The notes: generated from the sequence alone by a model not told the origin. A stretch of DNA of 48,009 nucleotides from Octopus bimaculoides (GCF_001194135.2 NC_068983.1:78013468-78061476), one strand, 5' to 3'. Shown: positions 24,433 through 37,110, counted from the stretch's first letter. Made by a program: numbers and translations.

Positions 24433-25803
24433 TTACTTTTCGAGCACCTTCCGGAGTATTCGAGCGGTTCCAAGCAGTGCTGTTTTCTGCAAGTTCTCCA
24501 CCTTTATTACAGCCCTTATTTGTTCCACGTACTTCTCGAGATTTTTGCTCACTGTTCCCAGGGCTCCGTCAATTATTGGCACTACTGCGACCTTTTTCAT
24601 CGATCACAACTGCTTAACTTCCCAAGCTAACCTGTCATATCTCTCGACTTTTCTTTCTTCCTTATCGCATACCTGGTTGTCAGCTGGGCATGCAATATCT
24701 ATGATCCAGCATAGTCTGATTTCTTTCTCAATTAAGAGTATGTCCGGCTTCCTATTCTCTATCTCATTGTCGCACTGAATCATGAAATCCCATTGGATCT
24801 TCGCATCTCTATAACTTCCATATAAGTGGCCAACAGGATATCGGCCTGTAATTGTCTACCATATTGCCTTTTTCGATGTTTTACAGACACAGCACTGTCC
24901 TACCCAATGTCAACCACTCTGGTGTTACTTAGTCGGCATTTAACAAGGTGTTGCCTTGCGCAGCTATTCGTGCATGACATTCACCATATCTTTTGATCCA
25001 GTAGCCTTAAACTCCATCTGGTCCCTGGGTCATCCAGTTGCTCATTTTTTTTTGCTGATTTCCTTCACTTCCCTAACTGAAATGACCAGTTCTGCCTGTT
25101 TTGGACAGACTACTGTTTGTTTCAGTTCTTGCAACCATTTAGCATCCTTCTTGTGCTCCTTGTCTTTGCTCCAGACGTCACTCCAAAACCTTTGACTTTC
25201 AATGTTATCTGGTATCAACTTTTCCTCTGTACACTCTCCATTTATTTCTTTATAGAATCTCTTCTGATCTGCTCCGAATAACCTATTCTGGTGGTAAGCC
25301 TGCATTCTTTGGTCGTATCTTACCATCTTTGCTTTCTTTGCAACGAGGCGCTGTTTCAGTTCCTCCACTACTACTTTCAGGCCCTTTCTTTCAATATTAT
25401 GCTTCCTTCTCAGTGCCCTGTATTTTTGTTCGCTTTTAAGCTCCCCTTTCTCTTTTCGGTCTAACATAGAGATTTCCTTCGAGAGCATGCCTAACCCTAC
25501 CTGGATTCTTCTTTTTCACCATGAATCTTTTCTTTTGTCACTCCCATTATGTTTCTTTTTCTTGACATCAACACCCACGTTTTCTGCTTCAACAATACTT
25601 GCTGCCTTGATCAAATTATTTGTTTCTGTTATGTTGTTTGTTCTGATGTATTTCAGAATTTCATTGACATTTTCGCTTCTTGGTTCAATTTCCATCGATC
25701 AACCATTTTAAGGTTGCAAATAATGTCGCTATCGTTCTCCTGTAGTCTTGCCTTTATTCTGTCATAGATTGCCTTTTGTTCATCTGTCATGTCACCATTG
25801 GTT
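24433..25803 (-). mobile_element. R4/Dong-clade fragment F: N-terminal/pre-RT region joined to the RLE C-terminus by a large internal deletion
   Basis: WWKRRI...ELKQRLVAKKAKMVRY...QNRLFGADQKRFY...FWSDVW...NWMTQGPDGV...PEWLTLGRTVL...NYRPISCWPLIWKL, then from about 24810 DAKIQWDFMIQCDNEIENRKPDI...IIDIACP...LQKTALLGTARILRKVLEK* (stop 24435-24433). Confidence 0.92.
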
Positions 25804-25805
25804 TT

Positions 25806-25817
25806 ATTGTATTATTA

Positions 25818-25849
<32 letters not shown>

Positions 25850-25869
25850 GTTATTATTATTATTATTAT
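25806..25869 (-). repeat. (ATT)n, i.e. (AAT)n on the strand of Dong fragment F, at its 5' junction
   Basis: Direct reading. Confidence 0.95.
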
Positions 25870-26442
25870 TGTAGAACATTGGCTGAAACATTATAGAGTC
25901 GTAACAAAAATGACATGTGGTGTTTTATTCTGGCCACATATAAACAATTGATATTCCAGTAGTCTTATTATTTTGCATACTCTCAGGGAATAATAAGTGC
26001 AGTTCTTCGTAATCTTTGCACGTATAAAGTAATTGTATTCTTTTTCAAATAATTTCTTCTATTAAGAGCATTCTAAATAATATATGTACAGTACCTCCTG
26101 TCGCTAATATGAGCTATATTTTGCGTATTTTTATTAGACATAAACTTCTCTGTACCACATTTTTCATTCCCAGTGCATCTCATTATTTTTAATAAGTTTC
26201 TGCGGAGATTATTTCCGCTTTTAGTCCCTTTATTCTGGATAATTCATTTCTATGTCTTTATTCATCGAAATTTTCAACATTTCCTTCAGGAATTGCTTAG
26301 AAAATTGTCATTAATGGTCTTTGATAATAATGCATGAGCTAATCTAGTTAAACTAAAATCTTTCCGAATACTTGTTACTATCTTTTTCCATTTTTGCCAT
26401 TCCCTCCCTTACTATTTATCTCTCTCCCTCTCTATATATATA

Positions 26443-26473
26443 TGCATGTGTGTGTGTGTGTGCGCGTGCGAGC

Positions 26474-26555
<82 letters not shown>
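26443..26555. repeat. (TG)n microsatellite
   Basis: Direct reading. Confidence 0.97.
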
Positions 26556-26562
<7 letters not shown>

Positions 26563-27654
26563 AGAAAATGGAGAGTGTGGACACAGAAAAAAATCAATTT
26601 TTTTTTATATAAGAGTCAATTTCATGTCACCTACGCACGTTTCAATTCCAACCTTTATTCATATTTTACAATTAAATTTGCATTATGAATTTAAGATGTA
26701 CAAATCTCTTCTGGGCAAAATTGACATATATTCTTATATATACATTTACATCCTAATGGATGGAGAGCTCCTTACATACTGAATGCCAACATGTGTATGC
26801 GTGTTTCTATGTCTCAGGTTGTATGTCATTGGATTTCGATCTTGATATATAGTTAGAGGTTAAACTAAGACCATTATGGACAGTGGCTAGTTACAGTCGT
26901 TAAGAACTATGTCATACTACTATTCTTCTTTAATAGATTTAGATTGGTTTTTAGAAGCTTGCTGCCGCTCGCTCTTCTCCCTATTCATTTGTCAGAAGAA
27001 TAAAAATAAGAATGAGAATAAAAATATATATGTTAGTAAGTATCCAAATCTATATAACTATTTAACTTTTACTCTTTTAATTGTGAGAATTTCCTATTTT
27101 ATTATTTTTTTTATTTAGATGTATTTGTCTAATTTTTTGATAATTTGGGTTATATATATATATATATTTTAATAATTTTTTATGTATTTTTAATGTGAGT
27201 ACTATTCACTATGTATCACTATGTAACATTATATATCATTTTCAAATGGTGAGGGTGCGTTTCACTAAGATTTGTTTTTATGTTTATTTTAATCTTATCA
27301 TTTACGGAGTATTTATTTAAATATAAACACACACACACACACACATATATATATACATACATTCATAAATACATACATACAGACATACATACATACATAT
27401 ATTCCTTTTCTTTGTGAATATAATAAGCTCTCTATCCCTCATTTATTTAATATAACTGTTAACGTATTTATTTAGATAAATCAGCTGATAGTAAAAGTCT
27501 CAATATGTATTCCTCCATTTAAGTAATATTATAGAATCATTTAATTCTAGATATTGATGTATTCACATAATGCCTAATTAATTATATTTATTTGGATTTA
27601 TTAGATGTATATCTATTCGTAATATGTGTATTTTATTTTATCTATTTGAATTTA

Positions 27655-28010
27655 TTAAATATATATTTAATCCAGTGTGGACAACAAAATCCTCTTTCTC
27701 TCTTCTTGTTGCTTAATTTGTGCTTGGACGTAATGATCTGCAAAATTTCCTCTACGCATAAATCACATCATTTTCTCCCAATGCTATAAGCTTTTGCACG
27801 GCTAATTAATTCTCACCTCAGCGTATAGTCCTTATTTTTGTCCCTGATTGCCCAAATTAATCTACTTAAACTGGTGCTAGCTTCTTTTCTCTTATCTGTA
27901 AAAGTGCTTTCGTGGTTGGCTATCCTTCTTTTATAACACCATGCTCCCACCACGCAAGACTCTATATCGACGGCACTGTTGATTTCAAGCACCGCTACCG
28001 TGCACACATG
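27655..28010 (-). mobile_element. Penelope-like element remnant: GIY-YIG endonuclease C-terminal half
   Basis: Minus-strand frame YKRRIANHESTFTDKRKEASTSLSRLIWAIRDKNKDYTLR*ELISRAKAYSIGRK*CDLCVEEILQII...SNKKRERGFCCPHWIKY matches the PLE pattern FK.R..NH..SF...ST.LS..IW.L...W.I...A..Y..G.K.C.LC.EE....LN.R.E....C.H; two in-frame stops. Confidence 0.85.
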
Positions 28011-29039
28011 AACTCTTTCTTCAAGCCAAATTCTAAATTACCTAACTCCTAAGCAACTTATATATATATCCTAAAATTTCAAAATGTTCCCTATACCCTA
28101 TCCTGGTCCATCGTAAGTGTGGTTCCCCCATACAGCACAGACTTCGGTATATGTAAATTGTGTTTAAGAGAATCGCTGATCATCCTTTGTCAGCACAAAC
28201 TCATATTTCAATAGTTTCTCAGATGTAAAACTGTCTTGTAAACACAGGTTTTACTCATCATTTACCTATTTTATTAAATCTATGTAATCCCATAAATATA
28301 AGTATCCTTAATTAGAATTAAACTTGAGATACTATAAGGTCAGCCTAGCAACCTTGCACCTCAGCTAATACACCCTTCTTATTAAACTATTCTTTCTCAT
28401 TATTACATTTGCAAATTCTTCTAACCCAATATATTCCAACTCCGTCATGGCCTTTCTACCCTCACAAATCACATTCTATCCTTTCTCTCATCTCTCCTCT
28501 TCAACCAAAAGCACTTAAAACTACATTACTCCTTTGGATACTAAACTGCCAACCCCTTTCCCTTGCTGTTTACCTCCCTCCATTCAATTTCATACATCTC
28601 TGCATGACCTAGTACTCCCCCTCCAATACCAAATCACATTCATTATTCCACTAACACTGCTACCTTGACCACCACTCACCCCCATTTAGTCCACCACTAC
28701 TCTCTGTCTTCTCTCATACCTTTCTCCATACCTTAATAATCTCCCTCTGCCACTGAACTAGACACTTTACTTCCCTCAAATAATTGCGAATACTTTTTTC
28801 CCTAACCCATTTTCTGATAATTCTATAGCTATCATCCCTAAACCTTAACAAACCCAACACAACAGACTACCATTCAAATACTATCTGCCCTACCATCCAA
28901 TTCATCTTCCTACTCTCCACCTCTACTACTACCTCCTTTAGTACCCTCATTATTAACCCCTCACTCTTCTTGAACTATTTTTCCCCTCTCATTATTCCCT
29001 GCCTTATACCCCCAGCCCTACCTCTAATACAGCTAGCTC

Positions 29040-29280
29040 TCCATATTTAATCATTCGACCTTTGAACTTTTCTGCATTAAGATCTGAAATATAAGATCTC
29101 TACGCTGATGACGGAGGGTCGTCTCGTCCAGTGTTAATTGCATCCATACGGCCGCATATTGTGATGAGCTAAACCTACCAACATTATTATGGGTCAACGA
29201 TCAAAAGAAACAGCTGTTGGACTTATAACCCCTTTCTTCCACCCGTTTAATTTTCTCTGTTGTATGTACTAATATGAATA
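29040..29280 (+). mobile_element. PLE pseudo-LTR-like 3' end with hammerhead-like motifs
   Basis: CTGATGA (29105-29111), GTGATGA (29161-29167), GAAACAGCTGTTGGACT (29207-29223); the last motif is identical in the 31956 copy. Confidence 0.6.
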
Positions 29281-29298
29281 TATATATATATATATATA

Positions 29299-29359
29299 NN
29301 NNNNNNNNNNNNNNNNNNNNNNNNNNNNNNNNNNNNNNNNNNNNNNNNNNNNNNNNNNN
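29299..29359. other. Assembly gap (N)
   Basis: N run. Confidence 1.
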
Positions 29360-30262
29360 CACTTGGAGGTTTCTACCTTTTACTTTCTCTTGTTTTGCAT
29401 GTATACATATATACATATTTTGTATTTAGCGTGTCCAGTTTTCGCATAAATTACTGTCTACGAAACGTTTAATCTTCACGTGCTCTCTTTTTCTTTTATT
29501 GTATTGTGGTAAAAACTTTCGCAAGAAGCCCTTACAGAGAATTTTAACGCAGTCTTCACATACGCATTTACTTCTTATACCCTTTTCCGTTTTCAGTTAT
29601 GGGAAATATTTGGCAGAAAGCCTTTGATCTCGAACCCCAATCAACCCTCTATCTTTTGTTTTGTGATGAAAAACCCTTCCAGATTAACTTTAAAACCTGT
29701 GCTTTCAGTTAGTATTATGCTTCGTTTATCTGCTTCAACGTTTCCTATGTTTTCTAAGTACCGGTCATGCAGAATATTTCAGTCATTCGCTTTTAAATGC
29801 TCGTTTTTAATTTAGCTTTAATTTAGTTTCGTTTGTATAAATTTCCTGTTACTGCTTTTTCTTTTTCTATCTCTTGCCTCCGTCTCTATTTTATATTTTG
29901 AAAGTTCCATGTAAGTGGAAGACAATGTTTGTTTCGCTCATGATTGTAACAATGTGTTACATTTTCTTTTTATACTTCACTAAGTATATTTGCACTTCGA
30001 TGCTAGCTATTTTATGATATTTATCAAATTGCAGAGGGCACAATTTTTGTTCGTGTTTAATATGATTTCTACTTGCTGGATAGTGCAGTATAAATTCTGT
30101 GATTATTCTCCATTTTCATGGTTTAGTCAGTGGACGAGGGACAACACCATGACCTTTGTGCAGAGGCGCTGATGCTAACGGAAGAAAGAGCGAAAGAAAG
30201 CTTAACTTGTGCTCTCTATAGAATAGATACCATTGAAGACACACATTGTCACAGACAAAGAC

Positions 30263-30470
30263 ATTGATTTCAAATTTTGACACAAGGCCAGCAATTTCAG
30301 TGCAGGGGTTTAGTCAATTACATTGACTACAGTACTCAGATTTGTACTTATCTTATCGACCTTGAAAAGATGAAAAGTAAAATCGACCTCGGTAGAATTT
30401 GAACTCAGACGGACAAATACCACTACTCATTTTGCCTGGTGTGCTAACGCTTCTGCCAGCTCAACCCCTT
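30263..30470 (-). mobile_element. ATT-tailed SINE, near full length
   Basis: Minus strand GAGCTGGCAGAAGCGTTAGCACACCAGGCAAAATG...GAGTTCAAATTCTACCGAGGTCGATTTTACTTTTCATC...GCTGGCCTTGTGTCAAAATTTGAAATC. Confidence 0.88.
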
Positions 30471-31346
30471 TTCCCAGATAAAGATATTAAACCGAGCATG
30501 GATTAAGTTAATCAGCCAACAATAAGTAGAGTCCATCCGACACTCTTCTTTGCAGTTTCTGTTTGTCAATTTCAACATGAGGTGAGCCCGAATCTATTAT
30601 AGGATATATTTTCCCTGTTTACTACGCAGCGAAAGTAATGCAGAATTATGTGATTGTTATAAAAAACGCTTAGCCACACTGCCATTGTCGCATCCATAAC
30701 ATTCCTTGTTATCTGATAATTCATGTAACTTCATATTCAAAGTTATAATAAATATAATGTATTATTTCAACGGTTAGATATGGAAACTATAACTTTTTAG
30801 CATTTCTTTTAATGTTAACTATTAGTGCGTCTGTTATATTACTTCATATTCTGTTCGTTATATGTGTCGTCCTGTCTAATTCCTTGATTATAAAGCATTT
30901 GTAAGTCTGACTTTCGTCTAATTTGTCTTGTATCAGGTTTGTTATCTAACATAATATCTCTAGCATTTTATTATTTTTTTTACACTCAAGTCAGCGTTGA
31001 TGCATTTTGCCTAAATTGAATGTCCTGACAATTTCCCTACTGAAATTGTATATCGTACATGTCAAGCTATCTACTTGTCTGTTATCTCAAGCTCACAGGT
31101 TTAAGTCATCCATATTCAGTTAGCTGATTGCCATATCCTATTATTTAGTTAGTTATTGTTTTATATCACAATTTGTGAAGAAAAGCGCTGTTGGTCACAG
31201 ATTTCCAACGGGCCAATCACTAGCTCAATGCATTCTAAAATTGAAAATGGCATGTGAGCGCTAGTTACTCGGTTTCATTTCATAGAACGTCGTTCCCAAA
31301 ATACCAGTTTTTCAATCGCACACTGATGTTTATATCAGCATGGAAA

Positions 31347-31357
<11 letters not shown>

Positions 31358-31380
<23 letters not shown>

Positions 31381-31385
31381 GATAT

Positions 31386-31443
<58 letters not shown>
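31358..31443. repeat. (TA)n microsatellite
   Basis: Direct reading. Confidence 0.96.
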
Positions 31444-31446
<3 letters not shown>

Positions 31447-31542
31447 TGCATAACACATAAATACAAAACATACACACATTTGTATGCATGTGTGTGTATA
31501 GATATAGATATACAGAGAGAAAGAGAGAGGGAGTGAGAGAGA

Positions 31543-32131
31543 AGTAAATATAAGGATAAACAAGTTAGGCGAGTCGATATAAATGAATATTAAATACATT
31601 TAATACAAAAACTATACATATTTTTACATATAAAAAGATCCTACTTACACAGAATAGAAATGATATCATTAATTAAAGGGGTTGAATTAGAGTTGTACGA
31701 ATCCAACAGCTGTTTCTGGAGATTTGGTTGTCCAAAATAATGATTGTAAATTATTTTCCCCTCCCACTACTCTCTATCTAAATACCTCCTAACTCTTCCT
31801 TCTAATTCATTACTTCTCCACAAAATCATTCCATCTTTAATCTTTCTGCCAACACCTCAAATGTAAAACTTCAATTTCTTCCCTGAAGACGGAAGCTGGT
31901 ATTATCCGATGAAGGAATCAATTTACAATCATTATTTTGAACCACAAAGCCCCTAGAAACAGCTGTTGGACTCCTAAAACACTTATTCAGCCCCTTCAAT
32001 TCTTGATATCATTTCTATTCTGTGTAAGTCGGATCTTTTTGTATGTAAACATATGTACATTTTTTTATATTAAATGTATTTAATATTTTTTGTATATCGG
32101 CTTGCCTAACTTCCTTATCCTTACATTTGCT
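31543..32131. mobile_element. PLE-type inverted pLTR structure: about 210-bp inverted arms with a 167-bp spacer
   Basis: 31543-31752 pairs with 31920-32131 (e.g. ACTTACACAGAATAGAAATGATATCA vs TGATATCATTTCTATTCTGTGTAAGT). Spacer is C/T-rich and ends in CTGAAGA (31883-31889) and CCGATGA (31906-31912). GAAACAGCTGTT at 31956-31967, inverted copy at 31705-31716. Confidence 0.85.
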
Positions 32132-32199
32132 CCTCTACCTGCTCAAGTTTAACCTTCTTGAGCCTTACGAAGTGTACTCTATACGGATAATATGTATTT

Positions 32200-32214
32200 A
32201 TGATCTATAAACTC

Positions 32215-32245
<31 letters not shown>

Positions 32246-32540
32246 GTTTGTGCGCGTGTATGTGTGTATGAATACATATATATATTGATACACACATACA
32301 TATGTATATACGTATATATGTACATATAAGTTCGTACACACATACACGTGTGCGCGTACTCACACACATTCGCACATACGCATAAAGCAAAATTCTGCCC
32401 AGTTTCAGTCTAAAAAGTTTAACTCGCTATGTTTTAGTTACTCAAAAGGACATTACTAAAAATATTACGAAGATTTTGTACTGTGACATTGAACTCACGG
32501 TTGTGAGTGGAATCCTAAACGACAAAACAATACTTGGTTC
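32200..32540 (-). mobile_element. Highly degraded 5' half of the 13367-type SINE plus its internal microsatellite
   Basis: Minus strand ...ACAACCGTGAGTTCAATGTCACAG...AGACTGAAACTGGGCAGAA followed by TA/TG-rich sequence, same order as 13390-13600. Confidence 0.5.
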
Positions 32541-32568
32541 AATATCAAAAGCCACTTATGTCACTGAA

Positions 32569-32763
32569 GGAGCCTCTATGCGGTCACTTGATATGTAAGA
32601 AATAGCAGTTATTTTTCTGTCAAATTTCACCCTATAACGTCTTCAAAATAGGACAACATTGTATGATGTTAATCCATGATATACAAAATGACGAGACGTT
32701 CACGACCAGAACACCTCTAAATAAGGCTCACATGCACCAAATACTATTAACAATAACAACAAC
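32569..32763 (+). mobile_element. AAC-tailed short interspersed repeat
   Basis: GGAGCCTCTATGCGGTCACTTGA...AGAAATAGCAG...; ends in AACAATAACAACAAC; related copies at 5452, 34085 and 34325. Confidence 0.7.
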
Positions 32764-33053
32764 TTGGAAGGTCTTTTGCTTCTGTCACGTCTGTGTTTAA
32801 AAATAATAGGTCATTATTGTGTAAATTTTTGCGGCATCCTCTTTCTTGCTTCAGACCTGTGCTTAATTCCTGATAAACATTTAACACACGATTGCAATGT
32901 CTCAGAGGCGTGTTATCATGTATGTAAACAAGCTATATATATTCACACCACTTTCCTGTTACTTTGAAGCCAAACACTCGGCTAACATCGCAATCCTCTC
33001 GTTTACCTACACAGTCATGTTTGTACTTGGGATATCAATAAGACAGCGAAATC

Positions 33054-33940
33054 AGCGAGCTGGCAGATTCGTTACCACGCCAGACAAAATACTTGTCTGC
33101 ATTTCTTCCAACTTTTCATTTCGAATTCAAATTCCGCCGAGGATGTCTTGCCTTTTCATCCTTTTGGGGCCGATAAAATAACTAGCAGTTGGACCCTGGG
33201 GTCGCTCTATTCGGCTAGTCCATTTCAGAGAATTTGTGCTTATAGTAGGGAGGTTTATTGTTATGTGGTGAACTGGCAGAATCGGAAGCATGCCAAATAA
33301 AATGTTTCTTAACATTTCTTCCAACTTTACCTTCTGAGTTCAAATTTTGTCGAGGTCTACTTTGCCTTTCACTCTTTCGGGGTGGATAAAATAATACTAG
33401 TCAAGTACTATGGTAGGTATCATTGACTATCCTCCTCTCTTAAAATTACCGATCATGTGAGAACATTTGTAGCAATTATTAAAGCTAGTGATCTGACAGA
33501 ATTGTTACCACGCCAGACAAAGTGCTAAGCATTATTTCTTCCGGCTCGTTGCGTTCTGATTTCACCCCGACATTGCCTTTCATCTTTTCGGCATCGATAA
33601 CGCCAGTACCAGTTGAGCACTGGGATCGATATAATCGATTGGTCTCCTCCCTTAAAACTGCTGGCCATGTGCCAAAAGTTGACAGAATTATTATTTTTTA
33701 TTATCTTCATGATTATCATCCTTGTCAATTAAGGAAGATGAAAGCTTGGACAACCGTAAGAGTGTTTGACGAAATGGCTTGTGGTATTTCCTCCTGTTCT
33801 GTAAGCTCTGAGTTAAAATGCCACCATGGTCAACTTAGCCATTCGTCCTTCTTTGATAGATACATTAAGCACCAGTCACGTACTATAGTCAATGCAATCG
33901 ACTGACCACCTTCCAGTAAAGTTGTTGGTTTTTTTACATT
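33054..33940 (+). mobile_element. Four tandem ATT-tailed SINE copies
   Basis: Heads (GAGCTGGCAGA..TCGTT..CACGCC) recur at about 33056, 33270, 33490 and 33740, each followed by the TTCAAATT...CGAGG...CTTTCATC...GATAA module. Confidence 0.85.
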
Positions 33941-34084
33941 AATTAGAAACTAGTGTAGCTGGTTCCTTCAAGAACTCACTGAATACATTTAGCAATACTT
34001 TGTGTTTGACACTTCATTTCTGCTACTTACCAGTTATTTGTTTTTTTTTATATATCTAGTTGTGGCCTTTGTTGTTGTTCTTGC

Positions 34085-34510
34085 TGTTATCTGTTATTGT
34101 TATCGGTCTTGTTTAAACGTTGATCTCTCTTGATTTAGCAAACCTATTGTCAAAAGCATCACCATCGTATCCATCTCATAATTATTTTTTTGTCCTTGAA
34201 TCGAGTTTTCCTTTCAAATGGGCTTGTATAACACGATAACAATGTTGTAATGGCTTACTATATTTTAGATAAAAAGATTATGAATTGGTACATCAGTGAG
34301 TAAGGTATATCTTCCATGATAAGAGAAGACTCTGTTGTTGTTGGTAACCTTACGCCAGCTTTGTTTGACTATCTATCACCAAAGGCTATCCAGCCTTCTA
34401 TCTTAGATCTACTCAACCATGCCTGATAAGAGGTTGTGTACTGTTTAACGCCATTCTCTTTTTAAGCAGGAACATTGCTAAATGACGGGATATTTGGCTG
34501 CTATTTCCCT
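34085..34510 (-). mobile_element. Two degraded AAC-tailed repeat copies
   Basis: About 34085-34190 and 34325-34510 resemble the reverse complement of 32569-32763 (e.g. GGATATTTGGCTGCTATTTC). Confidence 0.6.
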
Positions 34511-36884
34511 CTGTCTTTCTAATGCATGTGCCTCCAAATTGGTCTTGTTTTACCATTTGAAATTTTTCCTACCATTCCAGTTTTCCTTTGTTATTAAGCA
34601 ATCTAACTGATAAATCTGTTGACCACATTCCTTCCTATATGTTTCCTACTTACCATGCATTGCATCGATTTCTATTTTGTGTGTTTTTTTATTTAGTTCT
34701 TAAAATATTTTTCGAGTTAAAGAATTGTTTGTTCAAAAACTTGTTACCACATTTCGTAACGAAACGTGAATTAGCACTTTTTTCTGTTTCAGGTACCTCT
34801 TTTTCATGTTATGCATTTTCTATTTTGTTTTATTTTATTTTTTACGATAGACACTTGTCGTTTTTCTTTTCATTTCTTTTTATCGTTGTTAATCTCATTA
34901 TGGATTCAAAAATAGTTTTTTATTTATTCTTTTTATGTTTAATCTGCGAGCGCGCGTGTTTATGTGAGTGTGTATGTAAATGATGGGATAAATGTTTCTA
35001 TACGAGAAGTTTCGTTCGAGTAGCTAGTTTCCTCTATAGCTGCAGCGTATATAAGTTGATTTATGCTGGCTATATTGATGTTTACATCTACTTTTAGTAT
35101 ATGTATGATGCTCCAGAATATTATTTTTTGTTTGTTTTGTTTTATTTTTTTATTTATCTTTAAGCTTTATTCTCTTATTTTGTGTACATATGTGTGTGAT
35201 GGTGATGGGTTCGTTGACTGATAGGAAGATATTTCCTCAATATTAATTCTTTCGCTATTCCCACCTTTAGATCGTTGTCATATTCAGAACTTCCAACTTT
35301 AAATCATTCTCCTTTTATAACTTTCTTATATTCAATTGTGCTCACATTTTCGTTGGTGAAGAACTGGTTCAGCATCTGTTGGCCAATATTCTGTTAGTAT
35401 GCTACGTTTTGATTTTATTATACCTCTTGTTTCTTTTACTTGCACAAGGTCTGTCTTCCTGATTTATGTTTGCAGTGTTTATGGTTATGTCTTTCTTTTC
35501 GATGTGTTTATATTCTTTATTGTTTTTATCTTCTTTATGTATATTTTTTAAAGTATTCTTTTAAATGTTCTATTTTTTATGACTAGTGTTATTTTTTTTA
35601 TTATTATGCTTTTAAGTATGTATATTAAATTAGCTAGTTTTGGGATTCAAAGTTATTTCGAGATCAGTTATTTTCAGTTTATGTTGCAGTAGTCTTATTT
35701 TTCGGGTAATGTTGCTATAAAATAGAAATGTAGTATGGAAACATTTCTTGTGAGACTATTTATGATTGTTCTGTTTTATTGGTAGGCCTTGAAGTATAAA
35801 TTTCTACTTTTTATTTAAATTGTCATTATCAATATTTTTTAACAGCTTTTTTCTTTTTTCACATTTCTAATAAATACGAAATTTTGCACGCTCCGTTGTA
35901 AATAATAATATTCCTCTCTGAACCCTAGGCCAACGGTAAGGTACTGTTATTCTTACGTGCAAAGTTATCTACTTGATTTTAGCCAATTGAAATTACAACC
36001 GCAAAAAGAAAAAAAATCATTAATTGGAATTTAAATCTTGTGAAAATGGGCTATACATATCATGTAATATATGTTTCTTTTACTTGTAGCATAAACGGCT
36101 TCCCAGCATAAATTATCAACGATAGCAGCTGTATGAGAATAGATGTCCTGCGTATATTTTAAATGCTTGCGAAATCATGACGTATAACATGAATGAGTTG
36201 AGCATATCGGAACTAAATCAGTAACACGATAAAAGACTATTAGACAACATGCTGTAGGAAATTTAATTGAACTTCAGTTATTAGGTTAATGACTCACAGT
36301 TTTCGCCTGTGTCCCCCTTGACAAGAATTGTCATTATAGTTAATGATTCTTATCATCTTTGACATAATTTAGATCGATTTAAAATAATTTTTGATTCACT
36401 ATAATAATTATGTTACCTTACCTTCGTGTATTATTCAACCCTGGGGGATTTTCCAATGTCATAATTTTAAATCGACTGATCAGTGAAAACATTTCACAAA
36501 ACATGTCATTTCACAATTATTCTATTATCTTGAACTCACATATTACACTATTTTACCAAAGAGGCCGAATAATACCGAAAGCTGGCTAAGTTATCATTTC
36601 CTGACTAATAATTACAGACACAGTCCCTTGTACATATATCTCTATTTTTTTAATTTTTAATCAATTGAAATTTCGGAACTCTCCATTGAACCGCTTGAAA
36701 GAAAGTGTCATTAGCACTAATGATTTTTCTCCTCGTCATAAGTGTAAATTAGATTGATTAAGCATTCTATTTGTTTCACTATATTTAGTCTGTTAAGTTG
36801 CACTTAACCAAGTACTCCTAATACAGAAGGCATACCTTCGAAATACGCCAGCATAATTCTTATTGTTAATTATCATGAGTTTTT

Positions 36885-37110
36885 AAGACGATGAACTGGC
36901 AAAATTGTTAGCGCAATAGAGAAAATGCTTGGCTGCATTTCACCCCTCATTACATTCTGAGTTTAAATTCCATCGAGGTTGACTTTGCGTTTCATTCTTT
37001 CGGGGCCTATAAAATAAACTCCAGTTGAACACTGGGTAGATTTGTTTAATTCGACTAGCTCCCTCTCCCAATTTTCAAGCCTTGAGCTTCTAGTAGAGAG
37101 GATCATTTAT
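36885..37110 (+). mobile_element. ATT-tailed SINE copy
   Basis: GATGAACTGGCAAAATTGTTAGC...TTCTGAGTTTAAATTCCATCGAGGTTGACTTTGCGTTTCATTCTTTCGGGGCCTATAAAATAAACTCCAGTTGAACACTGGG. Confidence 0.85.

Noticed and set aside
23700-24473. 257-aa ORF as a functional reverse transcriptase
   Set aside because: YADD is degenerate (HTDD), other motifs are altered, the start comes from an out-of-frame Dong segment, and it frameshifts out at the 3' end.
30556-30583. 26-nt plus-strand micro-exon candidate (ttgcag|...ATGAG|gtgagc)
   Set aside because: Isolated; expected by chance.
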